A stretch of DNA of 64,000 bases from Felis catus (GCF_018350175.1 NC_058369.1:9114001-9178000); one strand, 5' to 3'. Shown: positions 30,801 to 43,493, numbered from the stretch's first letter. The notes: generated by a model not told the origin, from the sequence alone. Made by a program: numbers and translations.

Positions 30801-33800
30801 GCCTCTATGAGGTGACACGTTAGCAGAGGTCTGATGCTGCAGCCCACCTCGAAGATCTGGGAGAAGATGGTCCTTGGCCGAGAGCTGCCTGGCAGCACGG
30901 GCCAGGGCCACGAAGTGGGCAGGACAGGACGTGGAAGGAAGTCACAGAGGTCAACGGGCCCAGCTCACAGTGGCCCGCTGGGCCACAGCGAGGATGGAGT
31001 TTATTCCGTCAAGTAAGTATGCCACTCCAAAAAGTTCTGCCCGGGCCTGGCGCCTCTGATGGTGGTGCCCACCCCACCTACCTCGAAGGAAGAAAGTGTC
31101 ATGTTGGTCACGTGCTGGGTGCTGCTGGGGCTGGAAAAGTGCATCAAAGTTCCAGAAGGAGCTCTCGATGAAGTTGTCGGTCGGCATCTCCGTGAACCTG
31201 GAGGGAGATGAAGCCTGACCATCTGGCCTGAGCCCTGTGGCTGGGCCGACCCCACCCCCGGCCCTGTGCTCACCCCATCTCCAGGAAGATCTGCCGGAAC
31301 TGCGTGCGGACCTTGAGCAGAGGGTGCAGGTGGCCGCTATCTGGGAGGACGCCATGGGCCAAGAAATTGTACGGCTTGAAGGGCCGGTCCCGCCAGGAGC
31401 CGCTGTCAGAGGATGCAGGGCACAGGGGCCTGGTGAGGGCTGCCCTCCCTCCCCGACCTACCCCAGTCCCTGGGGCCACTCCCTACCTGGAGATCATCTC
31501 TGGGCTCAGCTCTGTCTCCTGTTTGGAGATGCTGGTACTGAAGGCACTGCCTTTGCTCACCCAGTAGGTCTTCAGGGTCCTGAGGCCAGAGGAGAGGAGG
31601 GGTTGCCCACTGTCACCTCTTTCCAGAGGCTTCCCTTGAACTCCTATCTGAGGCTGACCCCAACACTCCCCACTCAGTCGCTCTACTTTATTTTCTTCCC
31701 AACATCTCTCGTCACCGGAAATTCTCTTATTTGGCCCACACCTACATTGCTGTGCCCATTCACTTATTCGTTCAACAAGCATTTAACTAGAATCTACTAT
31801 GTGCCAGGACCTGTTCAAGGTACTTAAGCACCCAGCTGAGTAAGAATAATAGGTGAAGTCTCAAGGGTTTATCCCGTGCCAGGCTCTCTTCTCTTCCACT
31901 GCAATCATCCCACTACTTTGTGAAAAGAGGTCATTTTACAGATGAGGAACCTGAGGCCCAGAAAGATCGAATGCCTTGGCAAAGGTCACCCAACTAGTAA
32001 GTGCCAGGAGCCCGGACCTGGATTGGGCAGCCCTCCTCCAGTCTGTGTTCTCATAACCACTATGCCACTTGGTACCTGCTCAAAGGGTACGTCAGCCCTG
32101 TGAGAGCAGAGCCCCCAGCCTGTGCAGGTCCCAGCATTCAATCAATTTCAGACACTGAAATCAGAGCCGTAAAGGAAATAAACATGGCACCCAGAATGGA
32201 AAGTATAAGCGAGCAGCTTTTATGGAACTCAAAGGGAGAGATCGGTGTCAGGATGGCCTCTTTAAGGTGACACACAGGCACAGGTGTGATGCGCAAGCTG
32301 GGCTTAAGAGGAGACAGTTCTCGGCAGAACTCGTGGCATGAGCAAAGGCCCTGAGGCGGCATGAACCTGGCATGAGTGCTTGACAACCATAGGGTAAAAC
32401 ACAGCTTGGAGGACACTGACAGCACTGCCCCAGTGTGGGCAGGACGGCTCCCTCCCCCCACTCCTCCGGGACCACACAGATGATGGCTGATGGAAAGGGG
32501 GCACCCACTCACACTTCGGTCAGCAGTTTCCTCTTCCTGAGCTCACTCCTTTCCTTCTCACCCAGCTTCTCAGCCTGCCCACCCTGGACCAGTTGGAGCC
32601 GCCGCTGCACCTCGTCCTCCACGCTGTCCACCTGCCGTGATGATGACAGGTGTGAGGCACTGTGAGGGCCAGGTGCCCATGTGCACACCTGCCCCCCTGT
32701 ACGCAGGGACTCACCACTCGGAACACACGGGGCCCATCAGCTGCACTCTTATCCACGCGGATCCACTTGTTGGACATGGCCTTGCTGAAGCCCACCTTGC
32801 CGCTGGGCAGTCGCTGGGGGAGTAAGGCCACAGTAAGTGGAGCATGGGGCCACCTGACCCCGTCACCTCCCTGGGCCTTGTCCCTAGGCCCTTACCATAA
32901 GCTCGCTCTGGGCCAGGCCCTCCGGGGGGATGCTGCGAAACACCCGGGCCTCATGGCTGCCCTCCCGGGCTATCTCCTCGCCCTCAGCGGTAAGCTCCCA
33001 GCGCTTGGTGGAACGTAGCTCAGCCTCAATGATCTGCAGGGAAACGGGGGAGGGGGCGCGCACAGAGACAGGGTTCAGAGCCAGGCACGCCCTCACCACA
33101 GCACCGGGCTTGCAGAGTGCCCGAAGCCTGCCTCACATCCGAGCTGCACCACTTCCCAGCTGAGTGACTGACTGCCCCTTGCTGAGCCTCCGTTTCCCTT
33201 CTGTAACATGCAGATAATGAGAGATGGCTCACACCTCCCAGAGTGAGGTAAAGTCCTAAGAATGGTACCTAGCAAAAAAATAAATTCGAATGCTTTCGAA
33301 TCCAAGAAAGATTTTTAAGGTCCCAGGTGAACTGACTCGTCTCCACATTTGACGTGTTCACATCTCAGCGCCCGGAGTGTCAGAGAAGGGCCCCCGTGTC
33401 CACATGACACACAGGGACCCAAAGCTCCACAGTAAGGATGGGTCCAGGTCGTATAAAGAGGAGCAAGGTCGGGGCGCCTGGGTGGCTCAGTCAGTTAAGC
33501 ATCTGACTTCGGCTCAGGTCATGATCTCGCGGTCCGTGAGTTCGAGCCCCACGTCAGGCTCTGTGCTGACAGCTCAGAGCCTGGAGCCTGTTTCAGATTC
33601 TGTGTCTCCCTCTCTTTCTGACCCTGCCCCGTTCATGCTGTCTCTCCCTGTCTCAAAAATAAATAAATGTTAAAAAAATTTTTTTAAATAAAAAAAAAAA
33701 AGAGGGGCAAAGCCGGCTGGGGCCCATAGGGCTTAGCTCCCTTTTCATTCTAATTCCCAGCTCTGCTCCTCACTCCCTGTGTGAACTTGGGAAAGTTGTT

Positions 33801-35694
33801 AAACTTCCCTGAGCAAGTTTTCTTATCCACAAGAGAAGGGTGTGATGGGCTCTACCACAGGAAGTTTTCTTGACAAGTAACAGATTCAGTAAGCAGCAAA
33901 TACTGCATAAATTCTAACCACTGTTCCTATCATTGTTATTACCATCTCTGCTGTTAGACTGAACCACATCAAATAGCCACTATTTAACCTTCTGTGACCA
34001 GCACAAGTCAATTCCACATCAGACAAGGTACTGTCACCCCACAAAATACCTTTCCTGCACTGATAACCTCAGGATCTGCAGCCTGAATACTCAATTTCTT
34101 TGTCTTTTAAAAATTTTGTTGGGGAGCCTGGGTGGCGCAGTCGGTTAAAGCGTCCGACTTCAGCCAGGTCACGATCTCGCGGTCCGTGAGTTCAAGCCCC
34201 GCGTCAGGCTCTGAGCCTGTTTCCGATTCTGTGTCTCCCTCTCTCTCTGCCCCTCCCCCGTTCATGCTCTGTCTCTCTCTGTCCCAAAAATAAATAAACG
34301 TTCAAAAAAAAGAAAATTAAAAAAAAAAATTTTGTTAATGTTTATTCATTTTTGAGAGAGAGAGCCATAGCATGAGCTGGGAAGGGGCAGAGAGAGAGAG
34401 GGAGACACGGAATCCGAAGCAGGGTCCAAGCCCTGAGCTGTAAGCACAGAGCCGGATGTGGAGCTCAAACTCGTGAACCAGGAGATTATGACCTGTGCCG
34501 AAGTCAGATGTTCGACTGAGCCACCCAGGCTCCCCTGAATGCTTAATTTCAAATCCAGGTTTGCCTGTCCCTTCTCATGACGCTGATCAAGTCACTGACC
34601 AGTGCTCAGAAACTGTCACATCTGCAAAGCGGGCGTAACAGTGCTAACATCCTCCAGTTATGGCAAGGACTAGATGATAAATGAAGTTGAGACCAAAGTG
34701 GGGCACAGAATATGAGTTCAATGAATACATACCCCAGTTATATTTTCTGATTCCTAGCCTTGAGGATCCAGCCTCCTGGGGGGCCCACAGGCCTCTCGGA
34801 ATCTCCTCTTATGGCTCTATCACCTTTCACTTGTCCAAGTCAAAAAGGCTGGGCTTCATCCATGCTCCCCCTGCCTTGCCAGGAATCCCCTCTCCCTTCC
34901 ACCCGCCTCCCTACAGCCAGACACCATGCCCTCTACCCTGGGGATGTGCCAGCCTCTGCCTTCCTCCCCTCACCACCAGTCCTGCCCCTGCCAATCCTTC
35001 CCCCAAGTGATGCAGACAGCACATACATCTGACTGGCTCCAGCTCCCCCAGTACCCCCATGAGATAAAGACCTACGAGGCCTTGTAAGTTTTGGCTCTAC
35101 TAATGCCTTTCTACGCCTGTTTCCCGTTCCCACCATTGATCCTGAAGCTTTCGTCCTCAGTGCAGAGGCCCGACTCGGCTGCCACCTCCTCCAGGACGTT
35201 CTCTTTGACTCCCCAGGCTGGGCCAGCTGTCACCTCTGGGTTGCCTGTGCTTCCTCCATCACTCTGCAGGTCACCTGAGGGTCTCCCTCATTAGATCGCA
35301 ATCTCCGTGAGGGCAGAGACCGCCTCTTCCTGGCTCACCATCGTGCCCCTCGCCCCCGCCAACTCTCTCTCAATGGACATTTACTGCGAACGGAACGTCA
35401 GCGCTCCCGGGCTCTCGCTTGTTTCCGACTCCCTGCCCGCGCACCCCAGGATGGACTCCTGAAGGACTCCCCAAGAAGCAGTGCCTTCCAGGCAAGAGGA
35501 CTGCAGGTACAAAAGCGAGAAGGCCAGGCATCACGGGCCCGACTTACCTCTCCCAGCGCCTGCAGGCTCTTCACGGCGCCCACCACTGCCTGGTGCTCCA
35601 CGCCCAGCTTAGCCGCCAGCTCCGCGCTGTCCAGGCCGCCGTCGGCCGTCGCCAGCTGCCTCAGCAGCACCTCCGCCACCGGGCCGTCCGCCAT
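27834..35694 (-). CDS. FARSA: Phenylalanyl-tRNA synthetase alpha subunit, cytoplasmic (508 aa), 13 exons
   Basis: Exons (minus) 35694-35548, 33033-32896, 32813-32715, 32631-32513, 31579-31487, 31402-31274, 31197-31082, 29629-29545, 29449-29350, 29258-29090, 28987-28910, 28756-28642, 27972-27834; total 1527 nt. Class II aaRS motifs [61 protein letters not shown]. Confidence 0.98.
30050..30266 (-). mobile_element. CanSINE in FARSA intron 7
   Basis: Full SINEC sequence. Confidence 0.92.
33471..34535. mobile_element. Three CanSINEs in FARSA intron 1: 33471-33700 (+), 34121-34330 (+, young, internal deletion), 34333-34535 (-)
   Basis: SINEC heads and tails; TSD aaaaattttgtt around the 34121 copy. 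Confidence 0.9.
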
Positions 35695-35699
35695 GGCTG

Positions 35700-35830
35700 T
35701 GCCCAGCGTGCTCGGCGTATCCCGCCGGAGCCTGAACAACCGGAACCGGAACCGGCGCCGGGAGTGTGTGTCGCCATCTTGAGCGTGGCGGACCTTGTGG
35801 CGGGCTCAGAATGCCGCCATCTTCAGTGTG
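35700..35830 (-). promoter_or_regulatory. FARSA: FARSA CpG promoter with tandem ETS (CCGGAA) and two YY1 motifs
   Basis: ccggaaccggaaccgg near 35740-35755; CGCCATCTT at 35772-35780 and 35815-35823. Confidence 0.7.
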
Positions 35831-36121
35831 GCGATGGAACCTTAGGGGGTGGGAGGGACACCGTGCCCACCTCCACCCTAGCTGCAATAGTGGTGTCTGG
35901 TGGACTAGAGAGGCCAAATTGCAAACCTCAAGGACAGAATCACAGAGTTGTTTTAAGTGTCACCCAGCCCCACCTCCAGCAGGCAGTGTGACCTTGGACT
36001 TCTGTCTCTCTGTGCCCAGGAGCCCTCTGCCTTTCTGTATTGGCCTGTGGGAGGGCTGTAGGTGGTGGGCTTCAGGGACAGTCATTCCCTGGTCAACTAC
36101 TTTTAAGGTGCCCCCCCCCTT

Positions 36122-36551
36122 AAATTTTAGTGTTTATTTTTAAGAGAGAGAAAACAACCAGTGGGGGAGGGGGGGGGAGAGAGAGAGGGAGAGAGAATCC
36201 CAAGCAGGCTCCACACTGTCAGCGCAGAGCCTGGCTGGGCTTGTTCCCACAAACTGTGAGATCATGACCTGAGCCAGTATCAAAAGTCAGACACTTACCT
36301 AAGACACTCAGGGGCCCTTACTTTTTTTTTTTTTTTAATTTTTTTTTTCAACGTTTATTTATTTTTGGGACAGAGAGAGACAGAGCATGAACGGGGGAGG
36401 GGCAGAGAGAGAGGGAGACACAGAATCGGAAACAGGCTCCAGGCTCTGAGCCATCAGCCCAGAGCCCGACCTGGGGCTCAAACTCACAGACCGCGAGATC
36501 GTGACCTGGCTGAAGTCGGACGCTTAACCGACTGCGCCACCCAGGCGCCCC
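36122..36551 (-). mobile_element. Older CanSINE (36122-36317) with a young SINEC_Fc (36322-36551) inserted at its 5' end
   Basis: Duplicated cagg(g/c)gcccttactttt flanks the young copy. Confidence 0.9.
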
Positions 36552-36924
36552 ACAGGCGCCCTTACTTTTAAGTTTTTAAAGGGAGACTAGGTAGGGACTC
36601 TCCCTATATACAAAGGGGAGAGGGAGTCAACTAATAATAGTTACAGTCAAGGTAGCAGCTAACCCACATGGACATCCCTGTGTGCTCTGCCCAGTGCTAA
36701 GTGCTTCGGGTGTGTTATTTCATTTTCCCAAAAACTTTGATACAGATATTGATATCATCGCCATTTCACAAATGTGAAAATGGAGGCTCAAGAGGGTGGC
36801 AGGTCTCTAGCAACAAACAGTTGCTAGATATGGTGCCAGAAACTATAAACACCTCCGATCCCACCCCCCCATCCCTGAATGCTCGGAGAAGATCAATGTC
36901 AGGGCAATAATGCATACTCGAAAC

Positions 36925-37230
36925 CAGTTCTGGCCTGTGGAGATAGAATGCGGGACACAAATCTAATTTTAAGCTTTCCAGTAGCAATGTCAAAAACAAA
37001 ATGGGTGAAATTAATTGGAAGAATTTACCAAACTTGCCAGGTCCAAATGATTATTTCCATACTTACTGTAAAATTACTAATGAAATACTTCACATTCTTT
37101 TTCCGTACTAAGTCTCCAGAATCTGATGAGTGCTTCTACGGCTATGGCACATCTCAGTTGGGACAAGCTACATCTCAAATGGTCAACAGTCACATGTGGC
37201 CAGTGGAGATTATAGTAGGCAGTGTAAGAT
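36925..37230. mobile_element. hAT-Charlie MER3/MER33-like DNA transposon relic
   Basis: taattttaagctttccagtagc...gtgaaattaatt...gctacatctcaaatggtcaacagtcacatgtggccagtgg. Confidence 0.6.
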
Positions 37231-37741
37231 TCTAATCCCATTTATGCCACTCACCCAAATCGCTTAATCCTTCTGTGCCTGTTTCCTTGCCTGGATAGAG
37301 ATGCTATAAACACAGGTTATTTAAGTGAAAATACTACCCACACACGTACACGTACTTGCTAAGAGTCAACTGTGTGGAGCATGTGACAAGTGCGATTCTA
37401 AGCAGAACACCTTTACTCATTTAACCATCACGGTTACTATTTGAGCCGGGAAGATGGGTTTACGCAACATCACCCAATCCTGACCCTTCGGTAAGCTCCT
37501 GATAAAAATTCGGGATGTGTCCCTCAAAGTCCCTTCTTAGCTTCAAAGCACTTTCTTCCTGTTTTGTTTATTGAATTCCTCCAAGAGTCTTTCCTTCTGT
37601 CTGTCACATAGCGAGTAGATTTTAAGCCTGCCGGGTGCCAGGTGCTGCAAGAGACACTGGGGGATGGTAAAGTGAATAAGACCGTCAGAGTGTCCACATT
37701 CGAGCAGGAAGCACCAAGCTCATGTGTGCATGACATATGGC

Positions 37742-37905
37742 GGAAGGGAGGGAAGGCTGGAGGGTCAGTGGCAGGCCTGCAGCGGCCACCCCAGATTGGG
37801 GCTCCTCATGACCAGGGATTGGGGGAAGGGAGGGAAGGCTGGAGGGTCAGTGGCAGGCCTGCAGTCGCCACCCCAGATTGGGGCTCCTCATGACCAGGGA
37901 TTGGG
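37742..37905 (+). repeat. 82-bp direct tandem duplication (2 copies, 80/82 identical)
   Basis: Unit ggaagggagggaaggctggagggtcagtggcaggcctgcag(cg/tc)gccaccccagattggggctcctcatgaccagggattggg at 37742-37823 and 37824-37905. Confidence 0.95.
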
Positions 37906-39024
37906 GGGGGGTTCAGGTTGGCTGATACTGGATACTGCCTGGGGCAGAACCCCAACTTCTCCAAGACTCCTTATTCCTCCCTTTTCTGAGTCCCCACCAC
38001 TATCCCTGAAGCACCCCCCCCTCCCCGCTTTTGCCAGGATTCCCCCTTCCAAGCCCACGTTCCCAGGTCCAGAGCCTGTTTGCTCAGGGTTTGGGAAACC
38101 CCCAGCCCTCCTTCCTGCTTCCTGCAGCTTGGGGGCAGGGAGATGGTGTCTGTCACTGTCAGTCACGTGCCTTTGGCTTCAGAAGACTCTAGACTCAGGG
38201 GTCCTGCCCATCTCCCTTGGACTTTATCTTCCCCACCATCTGTCTCTTTTTTTCCTCCCCAACGGAACCCCCATCCTCTCTTCTTTAGCCGTTTAATTGC
38301 AAAAGGCAGGCCGTTTGTGGGAGACCACAGGCAGCGACCCCTTTACTGGCTGAGGGAGGGGTAAAGGAGAGGCCGCAATTAGAGGAACAACCCTACCCCA
38401 CTCTGGGAACCACAGCCTATAGTCACATCTTGGAGCCTTCTGGGCTTCCTTCCCTCTGTCCCAGGACAACCCTAACAGCACTGAAAGCGGTTTTGTAGGG
38501 CGGCACCTAGCCAAAGTTTCTCCTCCTAGCCTCTTAGGGGATCCTGTGTCTTCAGATGCTAAGTGACTTGCCCCGGTCACACAGCAGCAGTCTGACAGGC
38601 GGCCAGGGCACTAGGGGCCAGAGAGGAGAGAGCTAACATTTTACTCTCTGGCCTGCAAGGCTGTGGCACCGGGATGAAGTGAAGACCCAAGGACTCGGCC
38701 TCTGAGCTCAGGCGCCCTCTGCCCCACCGTGGCCCGGGGCGGGGGCGAGCGAGAGCGAACGCGTCAGTAGGGGTTCCCCAACTGCAGGGTAGAAAGTGGT
38801 TGGGAAAACCGTGCCCACCCTTACCCGCAGAGGGGACGAGAGAAGGCGAGCTGGGGCAGGACCCCGGTCCTGAGCAGTGACAGCGGCACTCGCGCGCGTT
38901 CTTTAAACTCCCAGATCGGGAGCTAAGCGCGCGGGCTAGGGCGGGGTTGGGTCGAGGTCTGGTCACATGACCTGGCCAGAGGGGCTCGAGGCCCCCACCA
39001 CATCGGTGGGCGGCCCCCACAACG

Positions 39025-39226
39025 CGTGGTCGTCCTTCATTGGCCAGTTGTATGGCCAATAGAAATCGGCCATCTGGGAACCCTGCGTTCCGAGGCACAT
39101 ACTAACCTGCTCAGACGACAAGGACCCAATGGAAAGTCAGGGCCGTGACCACTGACCAATCATCAGGTGCGGAGGGCGGGACAAGAGGCCGGGCCAGGTT
39201 GGTTTGAGAGACAGTAGGGTATAAAA
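39025..39226 (+). promoter_or_regulatory. CALR: CALR promoter: ER-stress response elements, CCAAT boxes and TATA box
   Basis: Perfect ERSE CCAAT-N9-CCACG on the minus strand 39025-39043; near-ERSE CCAAT-N9-CCATC 39056-39074; CCAAT at 39126 and 39156; TATAAAA 39220-39226. Confidence 0.88.
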
Positions 39227-39320
39227 ACGCGCGGCCGGCGGCAGCGTCCGTCCCTACTGCAGAGTCGCCGCCGGAGGAGAGGTTTAAAGGGCCCGCGCGC
39301 CGCCGCCCCCTCGGCCCGCC

Positions 39321-42300
39321 ATGCTGCTACCCGTGCCGTTGCTGCTCGGCCTCCTCGGCCTGGCCGCCGCCGAGCCCACCGTCTACTTCAAGGAGCAGTT
39401 TCTGGACGGAGGTAAGGCCTGGTCCCGCCTCGAGGCCGCCGCGACGACGAAAGCGGTCCCCCAGCCTAGATCTGCGTCGTCGCTTGTAATTACTGCTTAG
39501 AGGGCCAATACGGTGGCCTCCGGGGACTAAAGCCGCAGGCGAGCCTCCGTTGTGTGTCCCTTGGGGAGCGTCGAGGGTGCAGCGGACTCTCGCGGCGTGA
39601 GTTAGGGTTTGGCGGAGGATCCTTTAAGCCATCCAAGGTGTCAAACTAGAGGTTGGGGCGGGGGCAGTCGGGGGTTATCCCTTTTCCAATCCGCAGCAGT
39701 TTGAGGCTACTGGCAGATATTCGGTGGGGGTGGAGTGGGTCAGTACGGCCGCACTGAGCCTGCCCCTTTGATCCTCTAGACGGGTGGACCGACCGCTGGA
39801 TTGAATCCAAACACAAGTCAGATTTTGGTAAATTTGTTCTGAGTTCCGGCAAGTTCTACGGTGACCAGGAAAAGGATAAAGGTAAGAGCCTGGCGGAGTT
39901 GGGGGGGGCGGTGATCGGATTCAGGGGGACTTCCTGGAGGAAGCTCTTGCACACGACAGACATAGCTTGGGATCCCCATGAGCGGGGCAGGGGGGGAGGA
40001 AGGGGCAGTGGTTTGTACGGCCAATACTTAGGGTCTATGGAGGTTGGGGCTGAGCCATGACCTCACTCTGGTCTCTTGCTAGGGCTGCAGACAAGCCAGG
40101 ATGCCCGCTTTTATGCCTTGTCGGCCAGATTTGAGCCCTTTAGCAACAAGGGCCAGACGCTGGTGGTGCAGTTCACAGTAAAACACGAGCAGAACATCGA
40201 CTGTGGGGGCGGCTACGTGAAGCTATTTCCAGAGGGCTTGGACCAGACGGACATGCACGGAGACTCTGAATACAACATCATGTTTGGTGAGGGGCCCCGC
40301 CCTGGTGCTGACCTCTGATTAGTTACAGGGAGACTTAAATGTCAGGGACCCTTAAAGCTGGTGACAGGTAGTTTTGAGGATATGGACTGTATTTATGTAG
40401 TTGAGGCTTGCCTTGGGAGGGGAAACGAGAGGATTGCATTGTTATTTGTTGGTGTGAAACTGTTAACTTGTGGTGTTTTATGTAGTTATTTCCTGATATT
40501 AGCCGTATCAAATTCTAGACCTCTGGTTGGTTGGTTGGTTAGTTATTTCCTTTTTGAAAGTTTCCACCTACGGCCCCTTAGAACCAGTCAGGCTGATTCC
40601 TGTGTTGTGACCCTTTGCAGATCTGTATCTAAGAACCAAGTCTTGCTTTGTAAAGGGGGGGCGGGGAGCTTTGCTACGGTGGGCATCCTCTTGCTCTAAC
40701 TGGACCAACTCTTCACGTAGGCCCGGATATCTGTGGCCCTGGCACCAAGAAGGTTCATGTCATCTTCAACTACAAGGGCAAGAACGTGCTGATCAACAAG
40801 GACATTCGTTGCAAGGTGTGACTGGGGGTGGTGACAAAAGGCGGATAGGGGAGTGTCAGAGGCCAGCCTGGTGGGCGGGGCCACTCATCTCCCACTCTCT
40901 TCAGGATGATGAATTCACACACCTGTATACGCTGATTGTGCGGCCGGATAACACCTATGAGGTGAAGATCGACAACAGCCAGGTGGAGTCAGGCTCCTTG
41001 GAGGATGATTGGGACTTCTTGCCTCCCAAGAAGATAAAGGATCCTGATGCTGCGAAGCCTGAAGACTGGGACGAGCGGGCCAAGATTGATGACCCCACAG
41101 ACTCCAAGCCTGAGGTTGGTGTTTGGGCAGGTTCTCCCTACATGGAGGGTGTAGAGGACAGCTGGGTTGAGTGACCTCTCTGTGTACCTTCAGGACTGGG
41201 ACAAACCCGAGCACATTCCTGACCCTGATGCTAAAAAGCCGGAGGACTGGGATGAAGAGATGGACGGAGAGTGGGAACCACCAGTGATTCAGAACCCTGA
41301 GTACAAGGTGGGGCTCTGAGCGGGGTTGGGGGGACGCACAGTGGGGAGTATGCTGACCCCCACTCACCCACTGGTTACCTTCCCCTTCTGCAGGGCGAGT
41401 GGAAGCCCCGGCAGATCGACAACCCAGATTACAAGGGCACTTGGATCCACCCAGAGATTGACAACCCTGAGTACTCCCCTGATAGCAACATCTATGCCTA
41501 TGAAAACTTTGCTGTCCTGGGCTTAGATCTCTGGCAGGTGAGACCGAGGGGATACCTGGAGCACTTCACAGGTTCAGGGTCACCCAGGAGGAAAGGGACG
41601 GTAGCATTCAACCCCGAGCTGGTCTGATCCAAAAGCAGTGCTTTTTCTGAAGAATTTCGTGGTCTGTCTTATGGAGCGCTCATAGCACTCTCTTTGAGGT
41701 TTTGTTTATTTATGTTTCAGCTACCATTTTCAGTCCCTTTATGCAAAGGAGCTTGTTCAACTGTCCTTAACAACTAGAAGTTAATTGGATTACCCCATTA
41801 GAAAATTAGTTTCACCGATGCTTGGTTGGCTCGGTTGGTAGAGCATGCGACTCTTGATACTTGGGGGCATGAGTTCAAGCTCCACGTTAGGAGTAGAGCT
41901 TGCTGAAAGAATATAAACAAACAGATAAATAAATGTGACTTTTAGAAAAAAATCAAAGGAAGAAAATTAACTTTAGAGAGACCAGGTTGACGTTTTATTC
42001 ACTGACAAATATTCCGTGCCTAGAATGGAGCCTGGGTGGTAGAAGGTACTGGAAAAATATTTGAACAAGGGACCGAGACCCCATTTTACAGATGAAGAAA
42101 ATGAAGGGCCTTGTGTAGTGGTCCTGGGAACAGAGGGGGTGGGAGTGTTGTCCCCTCTGACCACCCGTCCACCCATCCTCCTGCCCCCCAGGTCAAGTCT
42201 GGCACCATTTTTGACAACTTCCTCATCACCAACGACGAGGCGTACGCAGAGGAGTTTGGAAACGAGACCTGGGGTGTCACGAAGGTGGGACCAGGGTCTG

Positions 42301-42495
42301 ATCCTGGGCTTGGGGGTGGGCAGGTCTGGTGGGTGGGGGCCCGGCCCTGAAATACGGGTGTGGTGTGTGTACAGGCGGCGGAAAAGCAGATGAAGGACAA
42401 GCAAGATGAGGAACAGAGACTAAAGGAGGAAGAGGAGGACAAGAAGCGTAAGGAAGAGGAGGAGGCAGACAAGGAAGATGAGGAAGACAAGGATG
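39321..42495 (+). CDS. CALR: Calreticulin precursor, 9 exons; C-terminus and stop hidden in an N gap
   Basis: Exons 39321-39411, 39780-39881, 40083-40286, 40721-40815, 40905-41114, 41194-41307, 41394-41537, 42192-42284, 42375->42495. Signal peptide [43 protein letters not shown]-domain KPEDWD repeats, acidic tail. Confidence 0.98.
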
Positions 42496-42634
42496 NNNNN
42501 NNNNNNNNNNNNNNNNNNNNNNNNNNNNNNNNNNNNNNNNNNNNNNNNNNNNNNNNNNNNNNNNNNNNNNNNNNNNNNNNNNNNNNNNNNNNNNNNNNNN
42601 NNNNNNNNNNNNNNNNNNNNNNNNNNNNNNNNNN
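42496..42634. other. Assembly gap (139 N) covering the expected CALR KDEL and stop
   Basis: N run starts mid acidic tail; 3'UTR-like sequence resumes after it. Confidence 0.97.
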
Positions 42635-43130
42635 GCTGCGCCAAATAATGTCTCTATGAGACTGGAGAACTTTCATTTTTTCCAGGCGGGTTGTGATTTG
42701 GGGTGGATTTTGGTTTTGTTCCCCCCCCCCCTTTTTTTTTAAACTGGTGTTTTGTCTTTGATTCTCCTTAGTCCTTATTCATGATCCTCCTCTTTCTTGA
42801 TTGACATCTTTGCCTTCTTCTGTCCCCTTCTCTCCCCAGATCCCTTAGTCCCCCTCCAACCTGAGGGGGCAGGGGAATGTGGAGGAGAAGCCCCAGGCCC
42901 GAGACTCCATCTGCTCTCCTTCCTGGATCCCAGAGGGGGGCAGGAGAAGAGGGTGGCATCCCCAGCCCCCCCCAGCACTGAGGAAGAACAGGGCTCCTAG
43001 GGCCTGAGCTCTGACCCCTACCCACCACCTCCCTCCCTCCCCTGTTCCCAGGACTGGGCCACTTCTGGGTGGGGCAGTGGGTTCCAGCTCGGGTCACACT
43101 GAGAATGTAAGAACTACAAACAAAATTTCT

Positions 43131-43136
43131 ATTAAA
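43131..43136 (+). terminator. CALR: CALR polyadenylation signal ATTAAA
   Basis: ATTAAA followed by a GT/T-rich downstream element (gttttgtgtct). Confidence 0.75.
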
Positions 43137-43493
43137 TTAAGTTTTGTGTCTTCCTCCTGTGTCTCCTTCTGGGGGATGGGACTCGAGTAAGGCTCATTTT
43201 TCAGCAGCTGAAGTGTTGATTAAATGTCCCATAAGGTGATAGGAGTTGTTGTTTACCCCCACAACCCCAAACCAGTCGGAGGAGAGCAATTGTTAAGTGC
43301 CATTACAGATACTCCACATGAGAACTCGTTGAGCCTCTGCACCAAATTGGTGTTTGTTTCTTATTCCAGTTTGGTTTGAGGCTGTGTGCCAGAATTTAGT
43401 AAGAGGTGGAGCAGGGCTATGAACCCACACCTTAGCACCATTTCATGCCATCCATTGGACCCTCATCCATATATACTTATATAAAAAAAAAAC

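Noticed and set aside
35775-35820. Upstream ATGs in the FARSA YY1 motifs (MAAF* at 35820; out-of-frame ATG at 35777)
   Set aside because: They probably lie upstream of the transcription start, so they cannot be claimed as uORFs without TSS data.
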